From an uncultured Candidatus Poseidoniales archaeon (GTDB taxonomy: Archaea; Thermoplasmatota; Poseidoniia; Poseidoniales; Poseidoniaceae), in NCBI GenBank assembly GCA_964577145.1, contig CAZNXM010000006.1, forward strand, positions 878 to 64,877: DNA of 64,000 bases, in the 5' to 3' direction. Shown here in pieces: positions 47,801 to 56,338 of the stretch. How positions within the stretch are numbered: the first letter of the stretch is position 1; every line of letters starts with the position of its first letter. The position numbers and the translations under genes were made by a program. Below the pieces are notes generated by a model. It was not told the DNA's origin, did no database searches, and saw nothing but the letters and a program-made list of their open reading frames with translations.

Positions 47801-50800
47801 TCGATGACGGTGGATGAATAGGTCGCATCTTGGGTGAAGGTGAATTCTTCCAAGGAGATATTGTCGAATGCAATACCACGAACGCCATCATTCTGGCCAT
47901 TATGGCCATCATCGTTCGACTGGAATTCAAAGTTGAGGTCAACTGTTGAACCAGCTAGACTTAGGCACTCAGGACCCCAATTATTGGAATCTATGTCTGA
48001 GTTGTTAAACATGTATAGATGAGTTAAGTCGATACTACGTGACTTGACAAGACCATCGCTATTGTAGAAGATTTCCCAGTTTCCTGTTCCACCATTTACA
48101 TTGCGTGAATCACCGATTAAGTCTACTTCTATTCCATCAATCTGTGTTTCATTCTCGTCGATGAAACCATCACCGTTCTCATCGACTAAGCATGTTCCAT
48201 CCTCGTTGTAATCGTTCCATTGTCCCCAAAGAACTCCAGAGTAATCGGTTCCTCCTCGGTTCCAATCAGCGGTCAATGCAGCATAATCGCCAACATTGTA
48301 CGCATCTCCATCAGCATCAATTTCGAACCAAGTCTCAGCGAAGTATTCGAAGTTTAGCGCAACGAAGTCTCCAGACATATTGTTCAAATCAATATCGGGG
48401 ATTGTTAGGGTCTCATTCTCCCACACGTCACCGAAACTGTTCGGAGTATCACATGGGTTTCCAAACCAATAGGAGTGTGAGCCGAATAATACCTCGGGGC
48501 AGGTAGAATCGTCTACGATTCCGCCATTTCCATTATTGTCATCAGTGTAGCGGAATCCAGAAGATCCTCCCTCAAACATCTCATCGCAAACAACTAGTGG
48601 CGAGCCACAGTAGATGTCTGCAGGAAGTGCGCTGTAAACCGATGCTTCAACATCGAATGAAACATTGGTGTTTCCAAAGTGTTCGACTTGAACCTCGATT
48701 GGGAATATTCCCTCAGCGTATAGCCCACCAGGATTGAATGATTCGATTTCATTAACTCCAGGGTCAAAGATGTTGAATGCAGTGATGTATCCCACAATCT
48801 CATCATTTGCCGGCTGCTCATCCTGACCATAATTCAAGGTAGCTGAAATTCGGTAAGTGGTTCCGTTGACGAAGTCAGCAGTAATCGAAGATGTGTATTC
48901 ATCATTTGGTGCGAGGTTGTTCATGTTGATGTTGGACTGCTTGGTCTGTACATTGCTTGTGAATGCAGTATTTTGCTTCCAAATTGAAATGTTATCGAGA
49001 GCGAAACCATCTCGACCTGTCCAACGAGATTCTTCATCATTGGAGTTAGATCCTTCCCAACCCGACTTGAAGCGGAAACGAATATCGACAGTCTTGCCTG
49101 CGAAAGTGGAGAGGTCGAATGCACCAAGGTCATCCTCAGTGAAGTTGCCCCATCCATAGTTGGTTCCTGCTGAATAGACACCATAGTAGGAAATCGATTC
49201 AGCATATCCACCCTGTTGAAGATTGAATACTCGGTCAGCATCATATCCGCCCCATATACTCTCTCCAGAAGCGCATTGTCCAGAGAAGTACGCTTCATTT
49301 GGACAGCCAATGGTAACCCAACCATAGTCTTCATCGAAAACCTCGATGATTGCCATGTCATCCCAAATGTCTGCAAGGATATATTGTCCAGATTGGTCCT
49401 GTATGAATGTAGATGCATATCCAAGATGACGGAAAATCTCCATACTCATCCAAGCACGGTCAGCGCCGGTTAAATCTACATCTTCTAGAATCATTGCTTC
49501 ATCCCAATTTGCACCATAACCAGACCATTCCGAGCCAGAACTATTTGTTTCATAGGTTCCAGACCACATGTAATCAGTTGGATTATTGGTATTAGCATTC
49601 TGTGCTGGCGCGTTATTACCTGATGTGTGGCCAGTTGTATGATTGGTCTCTTCCATCCAGTGATGGTTGCCAAAGTAGGATTCGTATGTCCAGGTACATC
49701 CAGAGGTGCAACCTGTCTTGACCTCAGAATTATCCCAGTCCATCTCATAGACTGTGACATTGGTTGAAGCTGCTTCATCGACTTCCTTGATCTCAACATC
49801 GAGAGTCGCTTGACCGTTCAGAATATCCATTCCAGTATTCTTCACTGTTACCTCAACATCCCTGTTACCTTCTCCTAAAGCACCGACATATGCATCGGTT
49901 GGAGAAATATCGATACTAGAAACTGCAAGGTCCTTGTTGTCCATTTCGACTACGACAATTCGGTCATAAGAACCGTCCCATCCCCAATTGTCATCCCAAG
50001 TGGTCTGATCGTATGCACCATGTCCTACGACAATATCTGGAGCACTATTTGGCCCACCGATAACCTGTCCTATTACTGCAGTTGTTGGACGCATTGCACC
50101 AAAGTATGCCAATGGGCTCATGTGTCCACCTCCACCATTGGATAAGGTGACCTGAACACTTGTTGGCAAGTTAAGGTAGAAATTGCTTGTAGAGTCGCCT
50201 GTAGACGAAGTTGAGTTCGACTGCTTGAACTTAGCAGCGTGGATGAAATCTGGCTCACCATCACCATTGAGTTCAGCAATTGTTACTTCCCATGCGATAT
50301 ATGGGCCAAAGTACACTGTCTTCGAAGCACTATAGGTATGAGTTGCTTGATTGATTGTAGCATAAGTTACATTCTCGGTATTGCCGTCATTGATAGCGAC
50401 TACGTCGATGATTCCATCATTGTTCATGTCGCCAATGTCCATTCCGCCAAATTCAGGGCCTACTGCGTGGACGTGCATGCCGCTACCACCTGTTGAACTC
50501 CATGTCACTGCTGTAGGGAATCCTTGGGCTGGATTAAGACAATCATATTCGATGACTGTCATGTTATCGGACTTTCCTGGATTTGTTGCTGCTCCAGTTA
50601 GGTAATCCACTCCTTCAGAGCGAACTAACCAGAGATCTACATCGTCACAATTTCCGTTAACTGGATGAGTTTGACTCGTCTCTCCCCAATCACCTAATTC
50701 TAATTCACGATAGGAATTTTGAGTAGAGTCTCCTAGGCTGGTAAGTTGACCATTTGTGGAAGAAGTAATTGGTCCCATATAGGTGACTACTCGCTGATTC

Positions 50801-51396
50801 TTAAGGTCAGCAAGTAACTCAAGAGTGACGATGTCATCATTACCATCCTCATCCAAATCCGCTACTGCCAGGTCCCACATCCAGACAACATCGAAGCGCT
50901 CTCCGACTGTGAATGTATCAACACTGCAACCATCGTTCTCGATGATTGTTACGTTACCAGGTTTGTCAACGACTATCGCTCCACTAGAATCTCGCTTTAG
51001 TGGTTGGTTGCGTGCATAGATAACTATGTCAATAGCGCTGTCACCAGTGAATTCTCCAACTTCTACTTGTTGAGTGTTAGAATGATCTTCGAAGTTTGCA
51101 TTCATACTGGTATTTGCTGAAGTCCAAATATCTGACCTGCGCTGGAATTGGCCATTGTCATTCCAAAGAACTGAAATTTTCAAGCTCTGGTCATTCGCAG
51201 AAACGATATCTAGGTCGCCATCACAATCGAAATCTCCCAACGCTACATCGACAGGATCTGTACCTGTAGAATATTGCCGGGAAGTAGAAGCCGAAGCCAT
51301 ATTCGCAGCAGTTGTCGAAAGCAACATCAGAAGGGCAAGTAGAACCGCTCTATTGCGGCCACCATCATTCAAGGTCTTCCAAAGCATCATCATCAC
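44893..51396 (-). CDS. Giant secreted surface protein (FG-GAP repeats, CARDB/jelly-roll, PKD-like) with TM anchor and cytoplasmic tail
   Basis: Signal peptide; GDFDCDGDLDI, ADLDEDGNDDI and GDMNNDGIIDV repeats; two blocks ending G(F/I)A(L/F)DNIS; FDASESSD...YEW; C-terminal TM. Confidence 0.85.
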   Translation of the reverse strand: MMMMLWKTLNDGGRNRAVLLALLMLLSTTAANMASASTSRQYSTGTDPVDVALGDFDCDGDLDIVSANDQSLKISVLWNDNGQFQRRSDIWTSANTSMNANFEDHSNTQQVEVGEFTGDSAIDIVIYARNQPLKRDSSGAIVVDKPGNVTIIENDGCSVDTFTVGERFDVVWMWDLAVADLDEDGNDDIVTLELLADLKNQRVVTYMGPITSSTNGQLTSLGDSTQNSYRELELGDWGETSQTHPVNGNCDDVDLWLVRSEGVDYLTGAATNPGKSDNMTVIEYDCLNPAQGFPTAVTWSSTGGSGMHVHAVGPEFGGMDIGDMNNDGIIDVVAINDGNTENVTYATINQATHTYSASKTVYFGPYIAWEVTIAELNGDGEPDFIHAAKFKQSNSTSSTGDSTSNFYLNLPTSVQVTLSNGGGGHMSPLAYFGAMRPTTAVIGQVIGGPNSAPDIVVGHGAYDQTTWDDNWGWDGSYDRIVVVEMDNKDLAVSSIDISPTDAYVGALGEGNRDVEVTVKNTGMDILNGQATLDVEIKEVDEAASTNVTVYEMDWDNSEVKTGCTSGCTWTYESYFGNHHWMEETNHTTGHTSGNNAPAQNANTNNPTDYMWSGTYETNSSGSEWSGYGANWDEAMILEDVDLTGADRAWMSMEIFRHLGYASTFIQDQSGQYILADIWDDMAIIEVFDEDYGWVTIGCPNEAYFSGQCASGESIWGGYDADRVFNLQQGGYAESISYYGVYSAGTNYGWGNFTEDDLGAFDLSTFAGKTVDIRFRFKSGWEGSNSNDEESRWTGRDGFALDNISIWKQNTAFTSNVQTKQSNINMNNLAPNDEYTSSITADFVNGTTYRISATLNYGQDEQPANDEIVGYITAFNIFDPGVNEIESFNPGGLYAEGIFPIEVQVEHFGNTNVSFDVEASVYSALPADIYCGSPLVVCDEMFEGGSSGFRYTDDNNGNGGIVDDSTCPEVLFGSHSYWFGNPCDTPNSFGDVWENETLTIPDIDLNNMSGDFVALNFEYFAETWFEIDADGDAYNVGDYAALTADWNRGGTDYSGVLWGQWNDYNEDGTCLVDENGDGFIDENETQIDGIEVDLIGDSRNVNGGTGNWEIFYNSDGLVKSRSIDLTHLYMFNNSDIDSNNWGPECLSLAGSTVDLNFEFQSNDDGHNGQNDGVRGIAFDNISLEEFTFTQDATYSSTVIDLDAEENRTIAISDHDFVSGVYKIEIETLFDNTTAGTSWYGHQEISVANNLARVIFSVESVDITLGKPDQISCLSDVVLDCVLPIDSVLTHDWGLSATNGVLQGDYTFHMTINDLADGSQVHTTTAGPSQVLGPHERTMVSFTPWNGWQDGHTYNITYHATLPNGDMSGNERFFHAGFADMVDVAILSGDTSRTQSIKEDLVLLDMSYTQFDINDWDDYLETGWLTHYDKVLMPIQDVNTAKPSDAGGKGYYEKLGISSHKTTLKNFMSSGGTVQVHLGTSTDYYEFSSSTGSSLLPFDMDVQPRNTPETRVTYNNMDVADAYHPILDGVDLAAFQGFDQYGTVTEAVLNTKSVAATSIPSACNGYSENGGGFQRLIQSEAEPQDTVLATCSYVDGGMIVTTIDVAGVSERADSATFPLLGNMLSYQVSQYPQGFGTLGNGLDLTINGEVPTLDPSTGGYSYHYMKSDSQVTFGYTTATSEPLSTDWVISGPTDWLGASMASGTDHTDEMSPTSTFCKVDLSSATGCLQGATWDITLYLHDAAGHGRSISVTVMTDDVRADEHRPVADVVIDMREEYQDQIENRGTKTVSDTDWPVNRIHLDEDGEVVIHFDASESSDADALDGNGIDTYEWTVLFDAPYGDDNFDLEGHVFTKPSSSDGAWAYTFQNVTVDASGQTESLIRIELVVFDKAGKSSEKYRMYFSVVPEGFGDEEPVVQIDLSVNGSQVTSDTITISGTVLSGAEQGDVYVEAALSSEAFEQSAVAKYNMQLEGSWAKSDKLGDEDGFDLTLTISDLYTNETSTQEIYLLIYEGDDKRWPVEKYLIIHLPACQGLEVPVEVLAEDPEGRWVWANDACEWEGEYTFNPGDGTFTEPKTEDPTSGDNSDMIMYASIGVGLLLVVILSLFFVLRGGSDEDDTVKDFNATAAAGYGGVAQMDPMEQYVQQLIAQGYPEETARAYAQQYAGHFQQQ

Positions 51397-51514
51397 TCAT
51401 TTCGCCGACTTCCCCCTCCACTTTAATCCCTTTGGGGTACTGTCTCTCGCAATTGCGAAATATGGGCTCGCAGTGCAACGAATAAATGAAAAGGCCGTGA
51501 ACCCAAGGAATCAC

Positions 51515-52162
51515 TTACAATGTACGTGAAAGCCATCCCGGAGAGGGGCCCCAACCAGTCTCATCGCCACCATGAACCTTGACGAGTTTTCCTCCTCTAA
51601 ACAAACTCTCTAACCAGAGTTCTAGTTCCAAATCTTCTCTATCGCCGAGAAGGTCGGTAGCTGCAAGTTCAATATTCTCGGTAGAAATAGCAGTAATTCC
51701 ATAGGTTCGAACTACAATTCTGAGAAGTTCCTTTAGCCAAGCCTCAGCCATTGGGTCTGTGGACATCGGATCCTTTGTTGGAAATGGCTTCTCGAGTTCA
51801 TCTAATTCATCACGGAGGTCTTCAGGAGTAGGCCGTTCTGGCCTCTCAAGTCCAACCTCATCTAGCTTAGCGGCGAGGTCTAGTTGACCAATTGGGCGTC
51901 GAACGATTGGGATTCTAGATGGATCTGGTTCCGGGCCCATATCTTTTGGCTTACCAGATATTTCGATTGAGGAATCATCGGAAAGTCCAGATGATGACAA
52001 ATTGACGCTATCAACCGCCAAAGGCATCATCCAACCGACCCCATCGAGGCCGAGTTCTTTCACAAGACTGCGTACCCAGTCCGCTTCGCCCTCAAATAGA
52101 ACATCTACGTCCTCTTCGGCGGAACGAAAGCGATAACGGACATATCCGCGCAGTTCGTGCAT
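51515..52162 (-). CDS. Hypothetical protein, possible C-terminal winged helix
   Basis: Globular-looking ORF; ATG at 52162 about 30 nt after TTGATTT. Confidence 0.7.
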   Translation of the reverse strand: MHELRGYVRYRFRSAEEDVDVLFEGEADWVRSLVKELGLDGVGWMMPLAVDSVNLSSSGLSDDSSIEISGKPKDMGPEPDPSRIPIVRRPIGQLDLAAKLDEVGLERPERPTPEDLRDELDELEKPFPTKDPMSTDPMAEAWLKELLRIVVRTYGITAISTENIELAATDLLGDREDLELELWLESLFRGGKLVKVHGGDETGWGPSPGWLSRTL

Positions 52163-52201
52163 AATTCGACCCCATAGGTCAAGGGAAATCAAACCACCGG
52201 T

Positions 52202-55200
52202 TCAGACCCTTTCGAATTTACCGTCGGGATGTTGCCACCACCAAACGCCATCAAGCGTTTCATACCATGTGCCATCATCCCTCTGATGATACTGACCGCC
52301 ACCAGGTAATTCCTCCCAAGAGCCTAGTATTTGTGGAGCGTCACCGATTGGCTCCACCACTTCCTCAACTGTAGCAATTGAGTCTACAGGTGCTGGTTCA
52401 GCAATTTCCATTGGGTCAATTGCTGGCATTTGCTCGGTTTCAACCGATGGTAACGAAAAGTCAACTTCTTCTTTGTCAAAAATTTCTTCTTCTCTATTAC
52501 GGAATACAAAGAAGAGGGACCCGGCAATAATTAGGACCACAGCACCTAGGATGCTAAGGGTAAGTGGAGTGATGATTGATTTTGATCCATCATCGATTGG
52601 GTCCTCATTATCGCTTGGCTCAGGCTCAGGCTCCGGCTCTGGTTCGGGTTCAGCAATTGTGAAGTTATGTGTTCCCTCTTTGAGAGTGAGCCAATAACCT
52701 CCTCTATCCTGAGATTCTAGTCGCCAATCAAGAACATATTCTCCAACATCCATTCCATCCTTAATCGTACATGAGATTTCATCGGTTGCTTGTGAATCCA
52801 CGATTATCTCATTGCAATCGAAATTCGCTGAGGGTTTCGAACTAATGATTCGTACTGTAGTTGGATAATCTCCTGCATTGGTCACCGAACAGTTGGCATC
52901 GCTACAGAATGCAATGAGCTCAATATTCCACCAAGGCGTTGCATCAACGTCTTGCGAATAATTCTCACATTCATTTGTGCTACATATTTCAAGCGTGACA
53001 TTATGCGAAGAATTACTCAAATTCGATAGCGATAAGAGTTCAGAAAGAGTACCATCCACTATGGGAACTACTAGCCAGACTTCATCATCTACTATCCAAT
53101 TTAGAGTCCCTTCGCCGGTTCTAAATATTACATCACCAGATAATATGACACTCTCTCCATCAACTATCAAGGATACATTTGTGGAATTTATTACAGGAAG
53201 TGGCACTGGGATATCAACCAAATCGATTGTGGTATCGACCTCATTAGCAAAATTATCTCTCACATGTATTTTAGCGGTATATGCGCCCGGAGATAGAACG
53301 TTTTTGTCCAGTATTGTGTAACCAATTCCATTGCTGGTTTGCTCAATGATTTCAGTTCCAATATTCTCACCATTAGGCCCGAAAATGATTGCCCAAACAC
53401 TTACCGTATCTCCTGCTTCTATTTCCCACTGGACATCTATTCTGACCTCGTCGATAGTCTCGGTTGATGTTGCTGAAAGTATTACTGGAGGGACTCCATC
53501 TCTAAGATAGAAACTTGCATCATTGCCGTTATGTAATCCATCTTCATCGGCCTCTCCGCCATTTGGCTCCTCGGCAAAGACCTCTACATCCCATGAACCG
53601 AGGTCCGCAAATTCAGGTTCCCACACTACAGAATATACGGAATCGGATGAATTCCATACCATCTGAAGAGTCTGCGTTGAAGATTCTGAGTCCAGTTCTA
53701 TTTCGACATTGAGATCGCTTCTATCATTAGCATCCTTGACTAAGAAACGAAGATTATCTGGAGTGCTGAAACTACCATTATTTGCTGGTTCGCCATCAAC
53801 AGTCATTATCGCAAGTTGACTTACCGAAGGTAAGGCTGGTAATACCGTAATCGAATCCGCATTTAACTGAGTTACTGAGTTGCCATTTGCATCGGATAAC
53901 TCTACGCTAATCCACAGAGAATGTTCGGTACTTGCATCCAATTGGTAAGTTGGAACACTCCCCCAATATCCCTGTATTTGCGAGTTCCAAGCTAATGGAA
54001 TACTCGTAATATTCACGAGTTCAGTTGCAGCAGATACTGAAGATGAATGTGCCCACATTTCCCCTTGCAAGTCATCATCTGCAAGATTATCACGTACGAT
54101 TACTACGATAGTTTCTCCATTTCTAGCATCAGCATCGTCCACTCCATCGACCTTATGTGAGACCGATTGGATTTGAGGTTCGATATCATCAATCCATACG
54201 ATGTTCAAATTTTTGAGTTCCAATGTTTGATTCCACATCTCACCTTCTGGGTCCCCTTTGACATCAATAGAATATTCATCGAGACATGCTTCTGTAGCAG
54301 CGTACCATGAACCACACTGTGAAATTGCATGAGTTTCCATTGCCGATGAAAATTCAAGGCTGCCAACAATAGTGTGATGGAAACTGGCATTTGTAATGTT
54401 AAATGCGGAAGGATTTGACAAAGTCAAACTAAAGTTAGAAACCGCCCAATCAATACCTTCAGAGGTTGAATTGTAAACTGTTGGCCATTCGTTTTGAATC
54501 ACACTCATTGGGATAATTAGGTCAATTCCCCCAGCAACAACATCTGCTGAGGACCACGAAATTGTGTATCCACTATCGAATGTACCTGTGACATTTCCAG
54601 TGAATCCTGGCTCCACATCCATCCACATTGAAAAATCAGTGACCGCTGTTCCGTTTAATGGAACATCTATCCACAAATCAGCTCCTGTTGCCGTTGGCGA
54701 AGAACCACCTTCCTCGAGCCAACCAATAGGCATTTGATGTACGAGAGGATCTAGAATGGTTTGACCTTCTAACTCGATACTGAGATTCTCCATGTGTTCA
54801 ATATTCGTTGAACCCGGCACAATAGCGGTTAGAATTGGAGATGCTCCAGCACTCGACCTCTCAAACTCATATAGTAAACTGATATTAGAAAATCGTGGTA
54901 ATTCCTGATGGGAAAGATTGCCATCTAACCACCCAGACCAGTCTATTCCATTCATTGTGTAATTATATTTCATGTCCAATACTGCGCCTGCTGGAACCGA
55001 CGCAGTTGTATTCAACCATGCCCTTTCCACAATTTCGTCATCCCCTAATCCTGGGATTAAGAAACTGCCATTATACGCAGTAGTATTACCACTAGAAACA
55101 AATCCAGTGAAAGTAGAATATGAGGTATTTCCTACAACACTATTTGACCCTGCAATCCCATCTGAACCAGTTCCCAGTTTCAGACCATAGTCGCCACCAG

Positions 55201-56293
55201 CACCTGCTGAAACATCAACTGTACCGGAGTTTGTTATTCCACTTGGAAGAGTCGTCATTGTGATGTATCCGCCAGAGCCGCCTCCACCGCCGTCACCACC
55301 ATGGTAAAGGAAAAGGGAAGGCCCAGATGGCCAAACTGCATCTGCACCATCGCCACCATCGCCTCCAGCGGAACTAACGATTCCATTTGAGCCGATTGAG
55401 ATAGCGTTTGCTTTGAGAATAATTGAGCCACCAGAGCCGCCTCCTGCAGCATTACCACCGTTTCCACCATTTGGTGGAGCAGGGCCATTGTCACCTACGC
55501 CACCATTCGTTGTAATCGTACCATTAATCGTGATTGTGCCTGCAACAATAGTAATCACTGTACCGCCATTACCACCGAGAGTTGTCGCGCCACTAGGATG
55601 TGAATTTCCTCCACCGGGGGAGCCGGGTTCTGTGCCATTTCCATACGATGAGCCACCATTAGTAGAGGAGCCACCGCCATCGCCTCCTGCGCCAACGTGA
55701 CCTCCACCACCGGCTCCATCGCCAATCCAACTACTGGATGCGGTCTCTGAACCACCATTACCAAGGTAAGTGTTAACTCGATCACTTCCATCAATGCTAG
55801 TAAAAGAATCAATGATTACTTCATTTGCATGAATTGTAAGATTTCCAGTTGCAGTAATTGAACCGCAACTAACAATTCCACATGATAATTGTAAGGTATC
55901 ATATGCATGGAATCCTTGCAGATTTGAATTGTTGAATAAATGAAGTTGTGCAGTTCCAGCCGTAGAAGGGCCAACTGTAGATTGATTTAGAATAAGCCCA
56001 TTTGTCGTTGAAGTCAAATTGGTTGCATTTCCGATATAAGTAGAATATGTCGCCATATCCATTGTCCAAGATTCGTCAACTATTTCAGGTGATAATTCCC
56101 AATCGAATGAAGCTGAATCAGCCCGGTATCCAGCGTTATGAGGAATGGCTGTTGATTCATTCAAACCTGGGTGAAGCAGCACATCGGTTTGCAAAAATTC
56201 GAACTCATCAGCAATTACTGGATTTGCAGTGATAATGGGGACTATTGCAGACATTGCCAACAAAAATGCAATCGAAAATGACTTTGTTTTCAT
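52202..56293 (-). CDS. Large secreted protein with glycine-rich domain, Ig-like domains, TM and Trp-rich cytoplasmic tail
   Basis: Signal peptide MKTKSFSIAFLLA; GAGGGGH.GAGG and GGGSGGSI motifs; (PE)n linker; TM; tail WEELPGGGQY...WY...WWW. Confidence 0.82.
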   Translation of the reverse strand: MKTKSFSIAFLLAMSAIVPIITANPVIADEFEFLQTDVLLHPGLNESTAIPHNAGYRADSASFDWELSPEIVDESWTMDMATYSTYIGNATNLTSTTNGLILNQSTVGPSTAGTAQLHLFNNSNLQGFHAYDTLQLSCGIVSCGSITATGNLTIHANEVIIDSFTSIDGSDRVNTYLGNGGSETASSSWIGDGAGGGGHVGAGGDGGGSSTNGGSSYGNGTEPGSPGGGNSHPSGATTLGGNGGTVITIVAGTITINGTITTNGGVGDNGPAPPNGGNGGNAAGGGSGGSIILKANAISIGSNGIVSSAGGDGGDGADAVWPSGPSLFLYHGGDGGGGGSGGYITMTTLPSGITNSGTVDVSAGAGGDYGLKLGTGSDGIAGSNSVVGNTSYSTFTGFVSSGNTTAYNGSFLIPGLGDDEIVERAWLNTTASVPAGAVLDMKYNYTMNGIDWSGWLDGNLSHQELPRFSNISLLYEFERSSAGASPILTAIVPGSTNIEHMENLSIELEGQTILDPLVHQMPIGWLEEGGSSPTATGADLWIDVPLNGTAVTDFSMWMDVEPGFTGNVTGTFDSGYTISWSSADVVAGGIDLIIPMSVIQNEWPTVYNSTSEGIDWAVSNFSLTLSNPSAFNITNASFHHTIVGSLEFSSAMETHAISQCGSWYAATEACLDEYSIDVKGDPEGEMWNQTLELKNLNIVWIDDIEPQIQSVSHKVDGVDDADARNGETIVVIVRDNLADDDLQGEMWAHSSSVSAATELVNITSIPLAWNSQIQGYWGSVPTYQLDASTEHSLWISVELSDANGNSVTQLNADSITVLPALPSVSQLAIMTVDGEPANNGSFSTPDNLRFLVKDANDRSDLNVEIELDSESSTQTLQMVWNSSDSVYSVVWEPEFADLGSWDVEVFAEEPNGGEADEDGLHNGNDASFYLRDGVPPVILSATSTETIDEVRIDVQWEIEAGDTVSVWAIIFGPNGENIGTEIIEQTSNGIGYTILDKNVLSPGAYTAKIHVRDNFANEVDTTIDLVDIPVPLPVINSTNVSLIVDGESVILSGDVIFRTGEGTLNWIVDDEVWLVVPIVDGTLSELLSLSNLSNSSHNVTLEICSTNECENYSQDVDATPWWNIELIAFCSDANCSVTNAGDYPTTVRIISSKPSANFDCNEIIVDSQATDEISCTIKDGMDVGEYVLDWRLESQDRGGYWLTLKEGTHNFTIAEPEPEPEPEPEPSDNEDPIDDGSKSIITPLTLSILGAVVLIIAGSLFFVFRNREEEIFDKEEVDFSLPSVETEQMPAIDPMEIAEPAPVDSIATVEEVVEPIGDAPQILGSWEELPGGGQYHQRDDGTWYETLDGVWWWQHPDGKFERV

Positions 56294-56338
56294 ACCACTC
56301 ACAGTGCCCCAAATTATTGACATATTTAGACTACTAAG

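Noticed and set aside
51365-51400. Out-of-frame uORF MSDDDALEDLE at the giant gene's 5' end
   Set aside because: The in-frame GTG at 51396 fits the 30-nt promoter spacing better, so the uORF may be incidental.
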